Assembly (NCBI GenBank): GCA_944383335.1
Contig: CALWPD010000004.1
Location: 1 to 54,355 of the forward strand
Reading direction: 5' to 3'
Origin: an uncultured Clostridia bacterium
GTDB taxonomy: Bacteria; Bacillota; Clostridia; Christensenellales; UBA1242
Length of the DNA: 54,355 bases
Numbering within the stretch: the stretch's first letter is position 1; every line of letters begins with the position of its first letter. The notes beneath the pieces are model-generated. The model did no database searches, had not been told where the DNA came from, and was given only the letters and a program-made list of their open reading frames with translations. A program made the position numbers and the translations under genes. Of the stretch, positions 38,101-47,257 are shown in pieces.

Positions 38101-39015
38101 ATGTACGATTGTATTATTATAGGCAGTGGTCCAAGTGGAATGACTTGCGCATTATATTTAAAAAGAGCGGGAAAAAATATTTTGGTTTTAGAAAAAAGTA
38201 TGCCGGGTGGTCAAATGGTAATCACAACAAATGTAGAAAATTATCCGGGTTTTTCACATATAGATGGTGCTTCACTTGCTACTTCCATGTTTCAACAAAT
38301 TACATCTCTTGGTGTTGAAGTTAGGTTTGAAGAAGTTATTTCTTGTGATTTAAAAAACAATATAAAAGTAATAAAAACCGACAAAAATCAATATGAATGT
38401 AAAACATTATATATTGCAACAGGAGCATCATCTAGACTTTTGAATGTTGATGGGGAAAAACGACTTACATCAAAAGGAGTAAGTTATTGTGCTACATGTG
38501 ACGGAGCCCTTTATAAAGATAAAATTGTTGCTGTGGTTGGTGGTGGAAATAGCAGTTTGGAAGATTGCCTGTATCTTTCAAATGTCGCAAAAAAGATATA
38601 TCTTATTCATAGGCGGGATGAATTTCGTGGGGATAAAGTATTGATTGATCGCATAACAGATCTTAAAGAACAAGGGAAAATTGAATTTGTTTTAAATAGT
38701 CAAGTTGTTGAAGTATTGGGCGATGATAAAGTTACTGGGATAAAGGTATTAAACAAAATTTTTTCAAACACTCAGATAATAGAAGTTGATGCACTATTTG
38801 TTGCTATTGGTAGAACGCCCGATACGGCAATTTTCGAGGGATTAGAGTTTGATGATGCAGGTTATATTAAAGTGGATTCAAATAAAAATACAAACATCAA
38901 AGGCGTATTTTGTGGGGGCGATGTTTCTAACACTCATCTTCGTCAAATTGTTACAGCGTGTGGAGATGGGGCAACCGCTTCACTTTCAATAAACGAATAT
39001 CTTACAAAACATTGA
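38101..39015 (+). CDS. trxB: Thioredoxin-disulfide reductase
   Basis: IIGSGPSG, GVSYCATCDG, VVGGGNS, IHRRDEFR, GD....LRQIVTA.GDG. Confidence 0.96.
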   Translation: MYDCIIIGSGPSGMTCALYLKRAGKNILVLEKSMPGGQMVITTNVENYPGFSHIDGASLATSMFQQITSLGVEVRFEEVISCDLKNNIKVIKTDKNQYECKTLYIATGASSRLLNVDGEKRLTSKGVSYCATCDGALYKDKIVAVVGGGNSSLEDCLYLSNVAKKIYLIHRRDEFRGDKVLIDRITDLKEQGKIEFVLNSQVVEVLGDDKVTGIKVLNKIFSNTQIIEVDALFVAIGRTPDTAIFEGLEFDDAGYIKVDSNKNTNIKGVFCGGDVSNTHLRQIVTACGDGATASLSINEYLTKH

Positions 39016-39444
39016 TTATTCTTGTAAATATGTTTTAATTTCTTCAAAACTTTGTTCTTCAAAACTTTTTAAATTTTTAGCAAGTTCCACGATATCTTTA
39101 TCTGCATCTTTATATGTTTTCAATTCTTTATACAAACTAAGAGTTCCACGAACGGTACCCATCAAAAAAAGTTCGGCAATATGTTCGCTAGATTTGTCGA
39201 AAAGAGTGGACATTGTTATAGATAATTTGAGCATTGTTTTTGAAAAAATACTAGCATCATTTAATTCCAATTTTTTTTCTTTTGCAAGTATTTTGCATTG
39301 TTCCAAATACTCTAAATATTTTGCTTTTGTATTTTTCATAAATTCTTTTAATTTTGTACTTCTAAATTTAGGGTACATATTTTCTATTGCTTGCACAGCC
39401 ATTTTTATGTTTTTATAAATTTCACTTAAAAATTTTTTATTCAT
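39016..39444 (-). CDS. Ferritin-like four-helix hypothetical protein, probably forespore-expressed
   Basis: Helical protein with 'IAE....G..RG' and 'EE...EE.K.YL' patterns. AGGAG SD and a CATAATA sigmaG-like -10 upstream. Confidence 0.65.
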   Translation of the reverse strand: MNKKFLSEIYKNIKMAVQAIENMYPKFRSTKLKEFMKNTKAKYLEYLEQCKILAKEKKLELNDASIFSKTMLKLSITMSTLFDKSSEHIAELFLMGTVRGTLSLYKELKTYKDADKDIVELAKNLKSFEEQSFEEIKTYLQE

Positions 39445-39531
39445 ATTTTTCTCCTATTACTATTATGCAAAGAAAAAAATATTTTATTTAAAAAATGAAT
39501 ATTTTTTTTATAAAATTACAAACCAAAATAT

Positions 39532-40950
39532 ATGAAAACGAGTACAAAGATTTGGATTGTAGTATTTTTAATTTCGCTTGTGGGAAGTTCGCTTACTGCA
39601 AGATATTTATTTTCAGGAATAACCATTTTAAATGGTACCATTTTTTTTAATTTATCCACACTTGGTTGGGTTTGTATTGTATTTAATTTATTAAATTTAG
39701 TAAGTGGAAATATCTTATTTTTTAAATTCTTAAAAACAAGAAAATTAAGTACGGTATTATTTCTATCAACAGTACCATTGACGCTTGTTTTTGGCGTGCT
39801 TATGTTCGGACTTTTTAGCATAAATAACTATGCAAATAGACCTGCCGTATTTGTAAAGGTTGCGTTAAATATCACCAGCACAAATAACAATAATTATTAT
39901 TGGATGATTTTATTGGTTATTATATATTTGATAGTTGTTTCACTGACTTTTGTCATTGCAACAAAACCTATTAAAAAAATTGAATTAATAACCAAAAGAT
40001 TAGCGTATGGAGAAGTGCGAGACAAAATCAATGTTGGTGGAACAAAGCAATTTCAAGAAATCGAAAGTTCTTTAAAAAAGATAAATGAAAACTATAAAAT
40101 AAAGGATGAAGCAATAAAACAAACAAGCGTTGAATATGAGAAATTTATTCCCAAAAAATTGATAAAATTTTTAGGTAAAAAAAACATTTTGGAACTTGAA
40201 CTTGGAAGCCAAGTCAAAAAAACAGCGACAATACTTTATTGTAATATAAAAAAAAGTGCAATGGTTTCAAAAATGTTGAGTTTAGAAGACAATTTTAATT
40301 ATATAAATTCATACTTAAATATTGTAACTCCAATAATTAGAAAATTTGGCGGTTTTGTAGATAAATATTTAGAGAATGGAATTATATCCGTTTTTATTTC
40401 ACCACAAAATGCCATTACATGTGCAATTAATATATCTCGAGCAATAAAACAAAAAAATCTATCTGACGCATTGCCTAAATTTGAAGTAGGATTGGTTATT
40501 CACACTGATGAAATAATTTTTGGAATTGTAGGTGATGAGCAAAGGAAGGCACCAACAATTATAACAAATTCTATGGAACTATTGACGAAATTAGATGACA
40601 TAAACGAAACATTTGGTTCAGTAATGCTTATAACAAGAAATACATTAAACGCATTGCCAACAGCATTCAAACTAGCGTATAGGTATATTGCGGAAGTGGA
40701 TGCTGTAGGAACAGAGCAGTCTGTTTTTGAGTGTCTTGAGGTATTTTCACGTCAAAAGCGAGAAAAATTAAAAAAGCATCATTTGGAGTTTGAAAACGGA
40801 GTTAGAGCTTATCAAAAAGGCAACTTTGAACAAGCTAAGCAAATTTTTGAAAAGGTTTATAGACAGGAAAAAGATGATAAACCTTGTTATGTATATTATA
40901 ATAAAAGCACCGAAAACTTAGGACATTTACCACTTAATGCACATGAGTAA
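39532..40950 (+). CDS. Membrane protein with HAMP-like and degenerate class III nucleotide cyclase domains plus a C-terminal TPR-like segment
   Basis: 4 TMs and a HAMP-like linker, then 'YEKFIPK..I..L', 'ATILYCNIK', 'GGFVDKYLENGIISVF', 'IHTDEIIFGIVG'. Confidence 0.8.
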   Translation: MKTSTKIWIVVFLISLVGSSLTARYLFSGITILNGTIFFNLSTLGWVCIVFNLLNLVSGNILFFKFLKTRKLSTVLFLSTVPLTLVFGVLMFGLFSINNYANRPAVFVKVALNITSTNNNNYYWMILLVIIYLIVVSLTFVIATKPIKKIELITKRLAYGEVRDKINVGGTKQFQEIESSLKKINENYKIKDEAIKQTSVEYEKFIPKKLIKFLGKKNILELELGSQVKKTATILYCNIKKSAMVSKMLSLEDNFNYINSYLNIVTPIIRKFGGFVDKYLENGIISVFISPQNAITCAINISRAIKQKNLSDALPKFEVGLVIHTDEIIFGIVGDEQRKAPTIITNSMELLTKLDDINETFGSVMLITRNTLNALPTAFKLAYRYIAEVDAVGTEQSVFECLEVFSRQKREKLKKHHLEFENGVRAYQKGNFEQAKQIFEKVYRQEKDDKPCYVYYNKSTENLGHLPLNAHE

Positions 40951-40994
40951 TTATTTGTAACACTTTTTGCATATATATTATTAAGGAGTTGAGT

Positions 40995-41294
40995 TTGGAA
41001 AGTTCATTTCTAGAACTTAGGTGCAAAGAGGTCGTAAATGTTGTGGACGGGAAGCGTTTGGGGCATATTGTTGATATAGTTTTTGAATTATCAACCGGTA
41101 CAATAACTGGGCTTGTTGTTCCGGGCGATAAAAACATCTGGAATGTCTTTAAATCAGGCGGAGAAATTTTTGTTCCATACAATCAAATTTGTAAAATTGG
41201 GGATGATACAATCTTGGTAGAGCTATATTCAACCACTCTTAGAGGTAGTTCAAACACAATCTCTTTTAATGAAGCAAAAAATAAAAAATCCTAA
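40995..41294 (+). CDS. YlmC/YmxH family sporulation protein (PRC barrel)
   Basis: 'ELRCKEVVNVVDGKRLG.IVDI', 'VPY..I.KIGDD.ILV'. AAGGAG SD 6 nt before TTG 40995. Adjacent to nrdR as is usual. Confidence 0.93.
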   Translation: MESSFLELRCKEVVNVVDGKRLGHIVDIVFELSTGTITGLVVPGDKNIWNVFKSGGEIFVPYNQICKIGDDTILVELYSTTLRGSSNTISFNEAKNKKS

Positions 41295-41359
41295 CTTACA
41301 TCTAGACAAATTTGTTTTGTTAGTGTATACTAAAAACGCTGATACGATAGGAGAAACAA

Positions 41360-41797
41360 ATGAAGTGTTTATATTGCGGAAACGCAGATAGTAAGGTTAT
41401 TGATTCTAGAGAAACTGGCGATAATTCGATAAGGCGTAGGCGTGAATGTTTAAAGTGTGGAAAGCGCTGGACTACATATGAAACAATCGAAAATACACCA
41501 ATTTTAGTAATTAAAAAAAATGGTAGCATTCAACCATTTGATAAAAACAAAATTATTAATGGAATAATCAAGGCTTGTGAAAAACGTCCTGTCAGTTTGA
41601 TTCAAATTGAAACTATTGCAAGCGACATTGAAAAGAAATTGAAAGAAAATAAACATGAGGTTGAATCAATCAAGATAGGTGAAATGGTTATGGAAATGTT
41701 AAAACCATTGGACCAAGTATCTTATGTTAGGTTTGCATCGGTTTATAGACAATTTACAGACGCTACAAACTTTATAGAATTTTTAAAAAATGAATAA
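41360..41797 (+). CDS. nrdR: Transcriptional repressor NrdR
   Basis: MKC.YC...DSKVIDSR...IRRRRECLKC..R.TTYE, ATP cone, YVRFASVYR. Confidence 0.97.
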   Translation: MKCLYCGNADSKVIDSRETGDNSIRRRRECLKCGKRWTTYETIENTPILVIKKNGSIQPFDKNKIINGIIKACEKRPVSLIQIETIASDIEKKLKENKHEVESIKIGEMVMEMLKPLDQVSYVRFASVYRQFTDATNFIEFLKNE

Positions 41798-41831
41798 ACA
41801 TAGTTTACTTTAATTCTTCATACAATTTAGT

Positions 41832-42068
41832 ATGAAGAACTTTTTTTTGAGTGATGTTATTGTGAATAAACAATTCACAATAATAGGTATATGTGATGAT
41901 ATAGATATAAAAACAAAAACAAGACTTTTAGAGTTTGGCTTTTTTTGTGGACAAAAGGTTGTTGTAAGAAACAAGTCATTAAAAAAGGGAGTGTTGCTTG
42001 TTGAACTATCAAATCAAATGATTTCACTTAGAAAAAAAGAAGCATCTTGTGTGGTAGTTTATGGATGA
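41832..42068 (+). CDS. feoA: Ferrous iron transport protein A
   Basis: 'RLLEFGF..G..V.V', 'ISLRKKEA'. Overlaps the feoB start. Confidence 0.85.
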   Translation: MKNFFLSDVIVNKQFTIIGICDDIDIKTKTRLLEFGFFCGQKVVVRNKSLKKGVLLVELSNQMISLRKKEASCVVVYG

Positions 42069-44055
42069 AATTTTGATAGTTGGAAATCCAAATACTGGGA
42101 AAAGTACATTGTTTAACACTCTTACAGGAGAAAAAGTACACACGGGCAATTTTCATGGTGTAACTGTTTCTTTTACAAAAGCAGCATCAAAATACACAAA
42201 TATCTCATTTGTAGATTTGCCAGGATTATATAGTCTTTCTCCTAATAGCTATGAAGAGAAGGTTTCAGTCGATTACATTTTATCGCACAAAAATTCTGGT
42301 ATTTTGTGTTTATGCAATAATCAAACGCTTAGGAGAAATCTTCTTCTTGCAAATGAACTAATAAAGCTTGGAAGAAAAATTTTGCTTGTGATTAACGAAG
42401 TTGACAAGGATATTGAATTAAATTATGAAAAACTTCAAAAGAAGTTAGGTGTTATAGTTATCTCTTTAAAAGCAAATAATTTAAAAACATTTGGTAGTCT
42501 GTTTAATTTGTTGAGTGAGTTAAAACCTATAAACTCAAATACAAACGAAATAAACTTTTATAAGGAAAAAACACTTTGTGGATGCGAATATTATTGCAAA
42601 TTGCTACAGTGTGAGAAAACTGTAACAAATGAAAATCATAGATATTTGGAAAATTATATAAAATCTTATTATAATAAAATTGATGAAATATTAAAATATT
42701 GTGAGTATGAAACAAAAAAAATAGTAGGCAAAAGTAAAATAGATAAAATCATTTTGAATAAATATTTTTGTTTGCCAATATTTTTTTGTATTTTATTCTT
42801 TATATTTTATCTAACTTTTTTTAGTGTTGGAAAATTTTTATCGAACAATTTAAAATATTTTATACAAAACATAATTGGGGAAAAAGTAATTGACTTGTTA
42901 TATGATAATAGTGTTCCTGATTTTTTGATTTCACTAACAAAAGATGGGATATTTAATGGTGTTGGTAGTGTCGTAGCCTTTTTGCCACAAGTTGTATTGT
43001 TATTTATTTTTTTGGATATTCTTGAACAATCTGGCTATATTTCAAGGCTAGCATTTTGCCTTGATGACACGCTTAAAAATGTTGGGTTGTCGGGTAGAAG
43101 TGTTTATACTTTGATTATGGGTTTTGGTTGCAGTACAACTGCTTCTCTTACCGCTAGAAATATGAGTGATAAAAATGCAAAAATAAAAACAGCACTTTTA
43201 TCTCCATATATGAGTTGTAGCGCAAAATTACCCGTCTATGCTGTTATAGGTGGAGCATTCTTTGGCACACAAAATATTTTAATAATTGCACTTATCTACA
43301 CTTTAGGAGTTATTGTCGCACTTTTAATGAGTTTATTTTTAGAAAAAACCAAGTTACATTCCACTGAACAAACATTCATTATGGAGTTTCCGTCATATCA
43401 AAAGATATCTATAAAGCACACTATTTCTTACACTGTTGAAAGCGCAATTTCTTTTTTGACACGAATAGGCAGTGTAATCTTATCACTTTCAATAATTGTT
43501 TGGTTACTTATGAATGTTTCTTTTTCACTTACATATGTAAAATTTTCTGGGCAAAAAAGCATTCTTCAAACTCTTGGCGAAATACTTGCACCTTTATTTT
43601 CTCCGCTTGGCTTTTCTTCTTGGGGTATAGTAAGTGCATTGCTTGCGGGACTTATTGCCAAAGAAGTAATCGTTTCATCAATCGCTATTTTTAATGGTGT
43701 AAACACATCATCGATATCAGAAAGTATAATTTTAACTTCAAGCGTTGTCCATTTTACTCCTGCAAGCGCTATGAGTTTTATGATATTCTGCTTACTTTAT
43801 TGTCCTTGCATTTCGACACTAGCCACATTTAAAAAAGAAATAGGCATAAAGTGGACTGTATTTTCAATAATTTCTCAATTCATTATTGCATATATAATTT
43901 CAATGTTTACATATACACTTTTTAAAATAACTGAACTCTATGGATATTTTAGTGCAATAATTTGTGTTATTATTGCCTTTATATTGTTTTTTTCACTTAT
44001 ACGCTGTTTCAAATCAAAGAAAAGGTGTCTTTATTGTAATAAAAGGTGCAAGTAA
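42061..44055 (+). CDS. feoB: Ferrous iron transport protein B
   Basis: GNPNTGKST, GN..GVTV, DLPGLYSL, 'FLPQ', 'GFGC', 'MSCSAKLPVY', 'LY.PC'. Confidence 0.93.
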   Translation: MDEILIVGNPNTGKSTLFNTLTGEKVHTGNFHGVTVSFTKAASKYTNISFVDLPGLYSLSPNSYEEKVSVDYILSHKNSGILCLCNNQTLRRNLLLANELIKLGRKILLVINEVDKDIELNYEKLQKKLGVIVISLKANNLKTFGSLFNLLSELKPINSNTNEINFYKEKTLCGCEYYCKLLQCEKTVTNENHRYLENYIKSYYNKIDEILKYCEYETKKIVGKSKIDKIILNKYFCLPIFFCILFFIFYLTFFSVGKFLSNNLKYFIQNIIGEKVIDLLYDNSVPDFLISLTKDGIFNGVGSVVAFLPQVVLLFIFLDILEQSGYISRLAFCLDDTLKNVGLSGRSVYTLIMGFGCSTTASLTARNMSDKNAKIKTALLSPYMSCSAKLPVYAVIGGAFFGTQNILIIALIYTLGVIVALLMSLFLEKTKLHSTEQTFIMEFPSYQKISIKHTISYTVESAISFLTRIGSVILSLSIIVWLLMNVSFSLTYVKFSGQKSILQTLGEILAPLFSPLGFSSWGIVSALLAGLIAKEVIVSSIAIFNGVNTSSISESIILTSSVVHFTPASAMSFMIFCLLYCPCISTLATFKKEIGIKWTVFSIISQFIIAYIISMFTYTLFKITELYGYFSAIICVIIAFILFFSLIRCFKSKKRCLYCNKRCK

Positions 44056-44101
44056 TACATATTTGTTTGTATTTTGCAGATATTAATTAAAAGAGGTATT
44101 T

Positions 44102-44713
44102 ATGAATTTTTCTTTTGTTATAATGGGAACACTTGCAATATTATGTGCATTTGGAGTCTTTGAAGGGTTTATAAAAAATTGTGGACTAAATAGGCTTATA
44201 GTTTCTTTGTTTTCCCTAATTGGGGCAATTTTGTCGCTTATTGGAAGTGTTCAAATATGGGGATATAATATTTCTTTAAATGTTTTTAATTGTACTTTGG
44301 CTTTCGTTATGTTGCTTCCTCGGTTAAAGAATATAAAAAACATTATTTCTATGTTTATATGTTGTTTAATTATAATAGCCACATTTGTATGTTATAGCGC
44401 TTTTGATTTGACAAACTTTGAATATAACTTTGTACAACCTTATGTTTATATGTCAATTTGTATTGGACTTATATTTTCATTATTTGTAGATAATGTCAGT
44501 GCAGTATTCTGTGGATCATACATTGGCAGTATAATATTTGAGATTGTAACTTTTGATTTGTTTGGACAGAATATGAACTCTGGCTTTTTGCTTGGAGGAG
44601 AAATGATGATTACATCAATTATTATTATTTCTTTAAGCTATATATTGCTATTTAATTTTAAAAAACTTTTTGTAAATTTGAAAATTAAAAATAAGACAAA
44701 AACACTTAATTAA
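44102..44713 (+). CDS. Hypothetical multi-pass membrane protein
   Basis: About 7 hydrophobic segments. GAGGT SD. Confidence 0.7.
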   Translation: MNFSFVIMGTLAILCAFGVFEGFIKNCGLNRLIVSLFSLIGAILSLIGSVQIWGYNISLNVFNCTLAFVMLLPRLKNIKNIISMFICCLIIIATFVCYSAFDLTNFEYNFVQPYVYMSICIGLIFSLFVDNVSAVFCGSYIGSIIFEIVTFDLFGQNMNSGFLLGGEMMITSIIIISLSYILLFNFKKLFVNLKIKNKTKTLN

Positions 44714-44766
44714 ACTTGTTAAAATTTGGGTTGTGTGCTATACTTTAATCAAGGAGAGTATGTATT

Positions 44767-46086
44767 GTGGCAAAGCCATTAGTTGCGATAGTTGGACGCC
44801 CAAATGTTGGAAAAAGTACATTTTTTAATAAACTGTGTGGCAAGAGAATTAGTATTGTTGATGATTCTCCAGGTGTTACTCGTGATAGAATTTACGCTGA
44901 TGCTGAGTGGTGTGGACATAATTTTAGAGTTGTAGATACTGGCGGGATTGATATCAAAAGTGATGATGTTTTTCAAGATGCAATAAGAAATCAAGTTGAC
45001 ATTGCAATAGATTTTGCAGATGTTATTGTATTCATTGTGGATGGTAAAGAAGGACTTACACCTATAGATCAGGAAGTCGCACAGATATTGCGAAAAACTA
45101 ACAAAAAGGTGATTTTGGTCGTTAATAAACTTGATAATTTTGAAGTTGAAAAAAGCTATGAATTTTATTCGCTAGGCTTTGGTGAACCTTTTCCAGTTTC
45201 ATGTGAGCAAGCCAAAGGTTTGGGAGAGGTGCTTGATGAAATAGTATCAACTCTAGATAAATGTGATCTTAATGAAGAGCAAGACGCGATAAAAATTGCC
45301 ATTGTTGGACGTCCAAATGTTGGCAAAAGCAGTTTGACAAATAAAATACTCGGTTTTGATAGGACAGTTGTCAGTGATATTATGGGGACAACTCGTGATG
45401 CTATTGAAACAGAATTTGCCTATAATAAAGAAAAATATGCCGTGATTGATACAGCAGGACTTCGCAGACAGCGCAGTTATGACAAACAAAGTGTTGAGGG
45501 TTATTCTGTTATACGCTCTATGGAAGCTATAGAACGTGCAGATGTTGTTGTGGTTGTCTTTGATGCCACACAGGGTATAACTGAGCAGGATGTAAGAATT
45601 GCGGGGTACGTTCATGAAAAAGGTAAGCCAAGTGTTATAGTTATAAATAAGTGGGATATGGTGAATAAAAACACCTATACGATGAATGAATTTGAAAGTA
45701 ACCTTAAAGACGAACTTTCATTTATGGCATATTATAAAAGCATATATGTTTCGGCTGTAACAGGACAAAGACTTACTGGTATTATAGATTTAGTGAAAAT
45801 TGTATATGACAATTCAAGCAAAAAGATTGCAACTGGTAAGTTAAATGAATTATTAGGTGAGGCAATTCTTTCAAATGAACCTCCATATAAAAATGGGAAA
45901 AAATTAAAAATTAATTATATTACTCAAAAAGGTACCAATCCACCGACTTTTTTATTATTTTGTAATGATTCTTCACTTATGCATTTTTCATATCTTAGAT
46001 ATTTGGAAAATCGATTTAGACAAGCAATAGATTTTAGTGGAACGCCTATTAATTTTATAGTTCGCTCAAAGGGAGATAATAACTAA
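44767..46086 (+). CDS. der: Ribosome biogenesis GTPase Der (EngA)
   Basis: Two GRPNVGKS G-domains and a KH-like C-terminal domain. Confidence 0.98.
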   Translation: MAKPLVAIVGRPNVGKSTFFNKLCGKRISIVDDSPGVTRDRIYADAEWCGHNFRVVDTGGIDIKSDDVFQDAIRNQVDIAIDFADVIVFIVDGKEGLTPIDQEVAQILRKTNKKVILVVNKLDNFEVEKSYEFYSLGFGEPFPVSCEQAKGLGEVLDEIVSTLDKCDLNEEQDAIKIAIVGRPNVGKSSLTNKILGFDRTVVSDIMGTTRDAIETEFAYNKEKYAVIDTAGLRRQRSYDKQSVEGYSVIRSMEAIERADVVVVVFDATQGITEQDVRIAGYVHEKGKPSVIVINKWDMVNKNTYTMNEFESNLKDELSFMAYYKSIYVSAVTGQRLTGIIDLVKIVYDNSSKKIATGKLNELLGEAILSNEPPYKNGKKLKINYITQKGTNPPTFLLFCNDSSLMHFSYLRYLENRFRQAIDFSGTPINFIVRSKGDNN

Positions 46087-46087
46087 T

Positions 46088-46810
46088 TTGGAAATATTAA
46101 AGTATGTAGTTTTAATTTTATGTGGATACATTTTGGGAAACATAAGCTCCGCTAAACTCATTTCGCGAAAAAATCATGATGATATAACAAAACACGGGAG
46201 TGGGAATCCAGGTTCCATGAATATGCTCAGAACATTTGGTTTTAAGTCTGGCATATTAACATTGTTTTTTGATGCATTAAAAGGTGCCATTCCTGCCATT
46301 CTTGGTTTTTTTATGTTTGGTGGGTATGTTAATAGTGAACTAAGTTATGTCGGGTTATACATTGGTGGAGCAAGTGCAGTTGTTGGACACTGTTTTCCAA
46401 TATTTTATAAGTTTAAGGGTGGGAAGGGTGTTGCAACGATGCTTGGAATGTTTGCTGTTGCAGAGCCATATTGGGCAATAATTATGTTTATTATTTGCTT
46501 TTTATATTTGGTGATATTTGATTATGGAGCTTTGACATCGTTTTTGTTTATCACTGCTTTAACTGTTGTAGAAGGATATAAGTTTCACGATAATGTTGTT
46601 ATTACAATAATACTATTTTGTTTATATTTTTTAATGTGGTTTATGCATAGAAAAAATATTACGAGACTTCTTGTGGGTACGGAAAATAAAGTTAATTTTA
46701 TTGATAAGTTAAAAAAAATAGGTCAAAAAGAATCTGTTTTATCTAGAAAAGAGCGTAAAAAAATAAAAAAAGAAAATTCCAAAAAAGAGAAAGAGCGTGA
46801 AATTGGTTAA
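46088..46810 (+). CDS. plsY: Glycerol-3-phosphate acyltransferase PlsY
   Basis: GSGNPGSMN, D.LKG, GH.FP...FKGGKGVAT, H..NI.RL..G.E. Confidence 0.95.
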   Translation: MEILKYVVLILCGYILGNISSAKLISRKNHDDITKHGSGNPGSMNMLRTFGFKSGILTLFFDALKGAIPAILGFFMFGGYVNSELSYVGLYIGGASAVVGHCFPIFYKFKGGKGVATMLGMFAVAEPYWAIIMFIICFLYLVIFDYGALTSFLFITALTVVEGYKFHDNVVITIILFCLYFLMWFMHRKNITRLLVGTENKVNFIDKLKKIGQKESVLSRKERKKIKKENSKKEKEREIG

Positions 46811-46874
46811 AAATTATATAGACAAAATTATTGTTTTATGATAGAATTCACGTACATTTTATGGAGATAGAAGT

Positions 46875-47216
46875 ATGAAAAAAATATATTTTTTTGTTTT
46901 GACTTTGATAACAACTGCTTTCGTTATTGGCCTTGCACTTCTTAAAGTCAATGAAGCATGTTCAAATCAATTATTCTCAATTCCAGCAAACGTTCAACCA
47001 TATGTTGATTATGCGGTTGATTATGGTGCTATGACTCTTTTGTGCTTGTTTGCTTTTGGTGGACTTGCTGGGAAGATAATTAAGTTTATAATAATAATTT
47101 TAATTGTGTTTGCAATCATTATATTTATTATTGCAACAACCGTGCCTGAATGGATTAGCGGACTTTTTGGTGGCGGTGATGCTGTAATAAAATTGTTTAC
47201 AAATATGCTTATGTAA
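46875..47216 (+). CDS. Hypothetical membrane protein
   Basis: Three hydrophobic segments, with its own TAGACA-17-TAGAAT promoter, GGAG SD and terminator. Confidence 0.7.
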   Translation: MKKIYFFVLTLITTAFVIGLALLKVNEACSNQLFSIPANVQPYVDYAVDYGAMTLLCLFAFGGLAGKIIKFIIIILIVFAIIIFIIATTVPEWISGLFGGGDAVIKLFTNMLM

Positions 47217-47257
47217 AAAACTGCATATGCGGTTTTTTATTTTTAAAAAGGAAATTT

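Noticed and set aside
39532-40950. Cyclase as a Pycsar-like anti-phage system
   Set aside because: It has a TM-HAMP-cyclase signalling architecture, catalytic residues appear lost, there is no cNMP-binding effector next to it, and the neighbourhood is core/sporulation.
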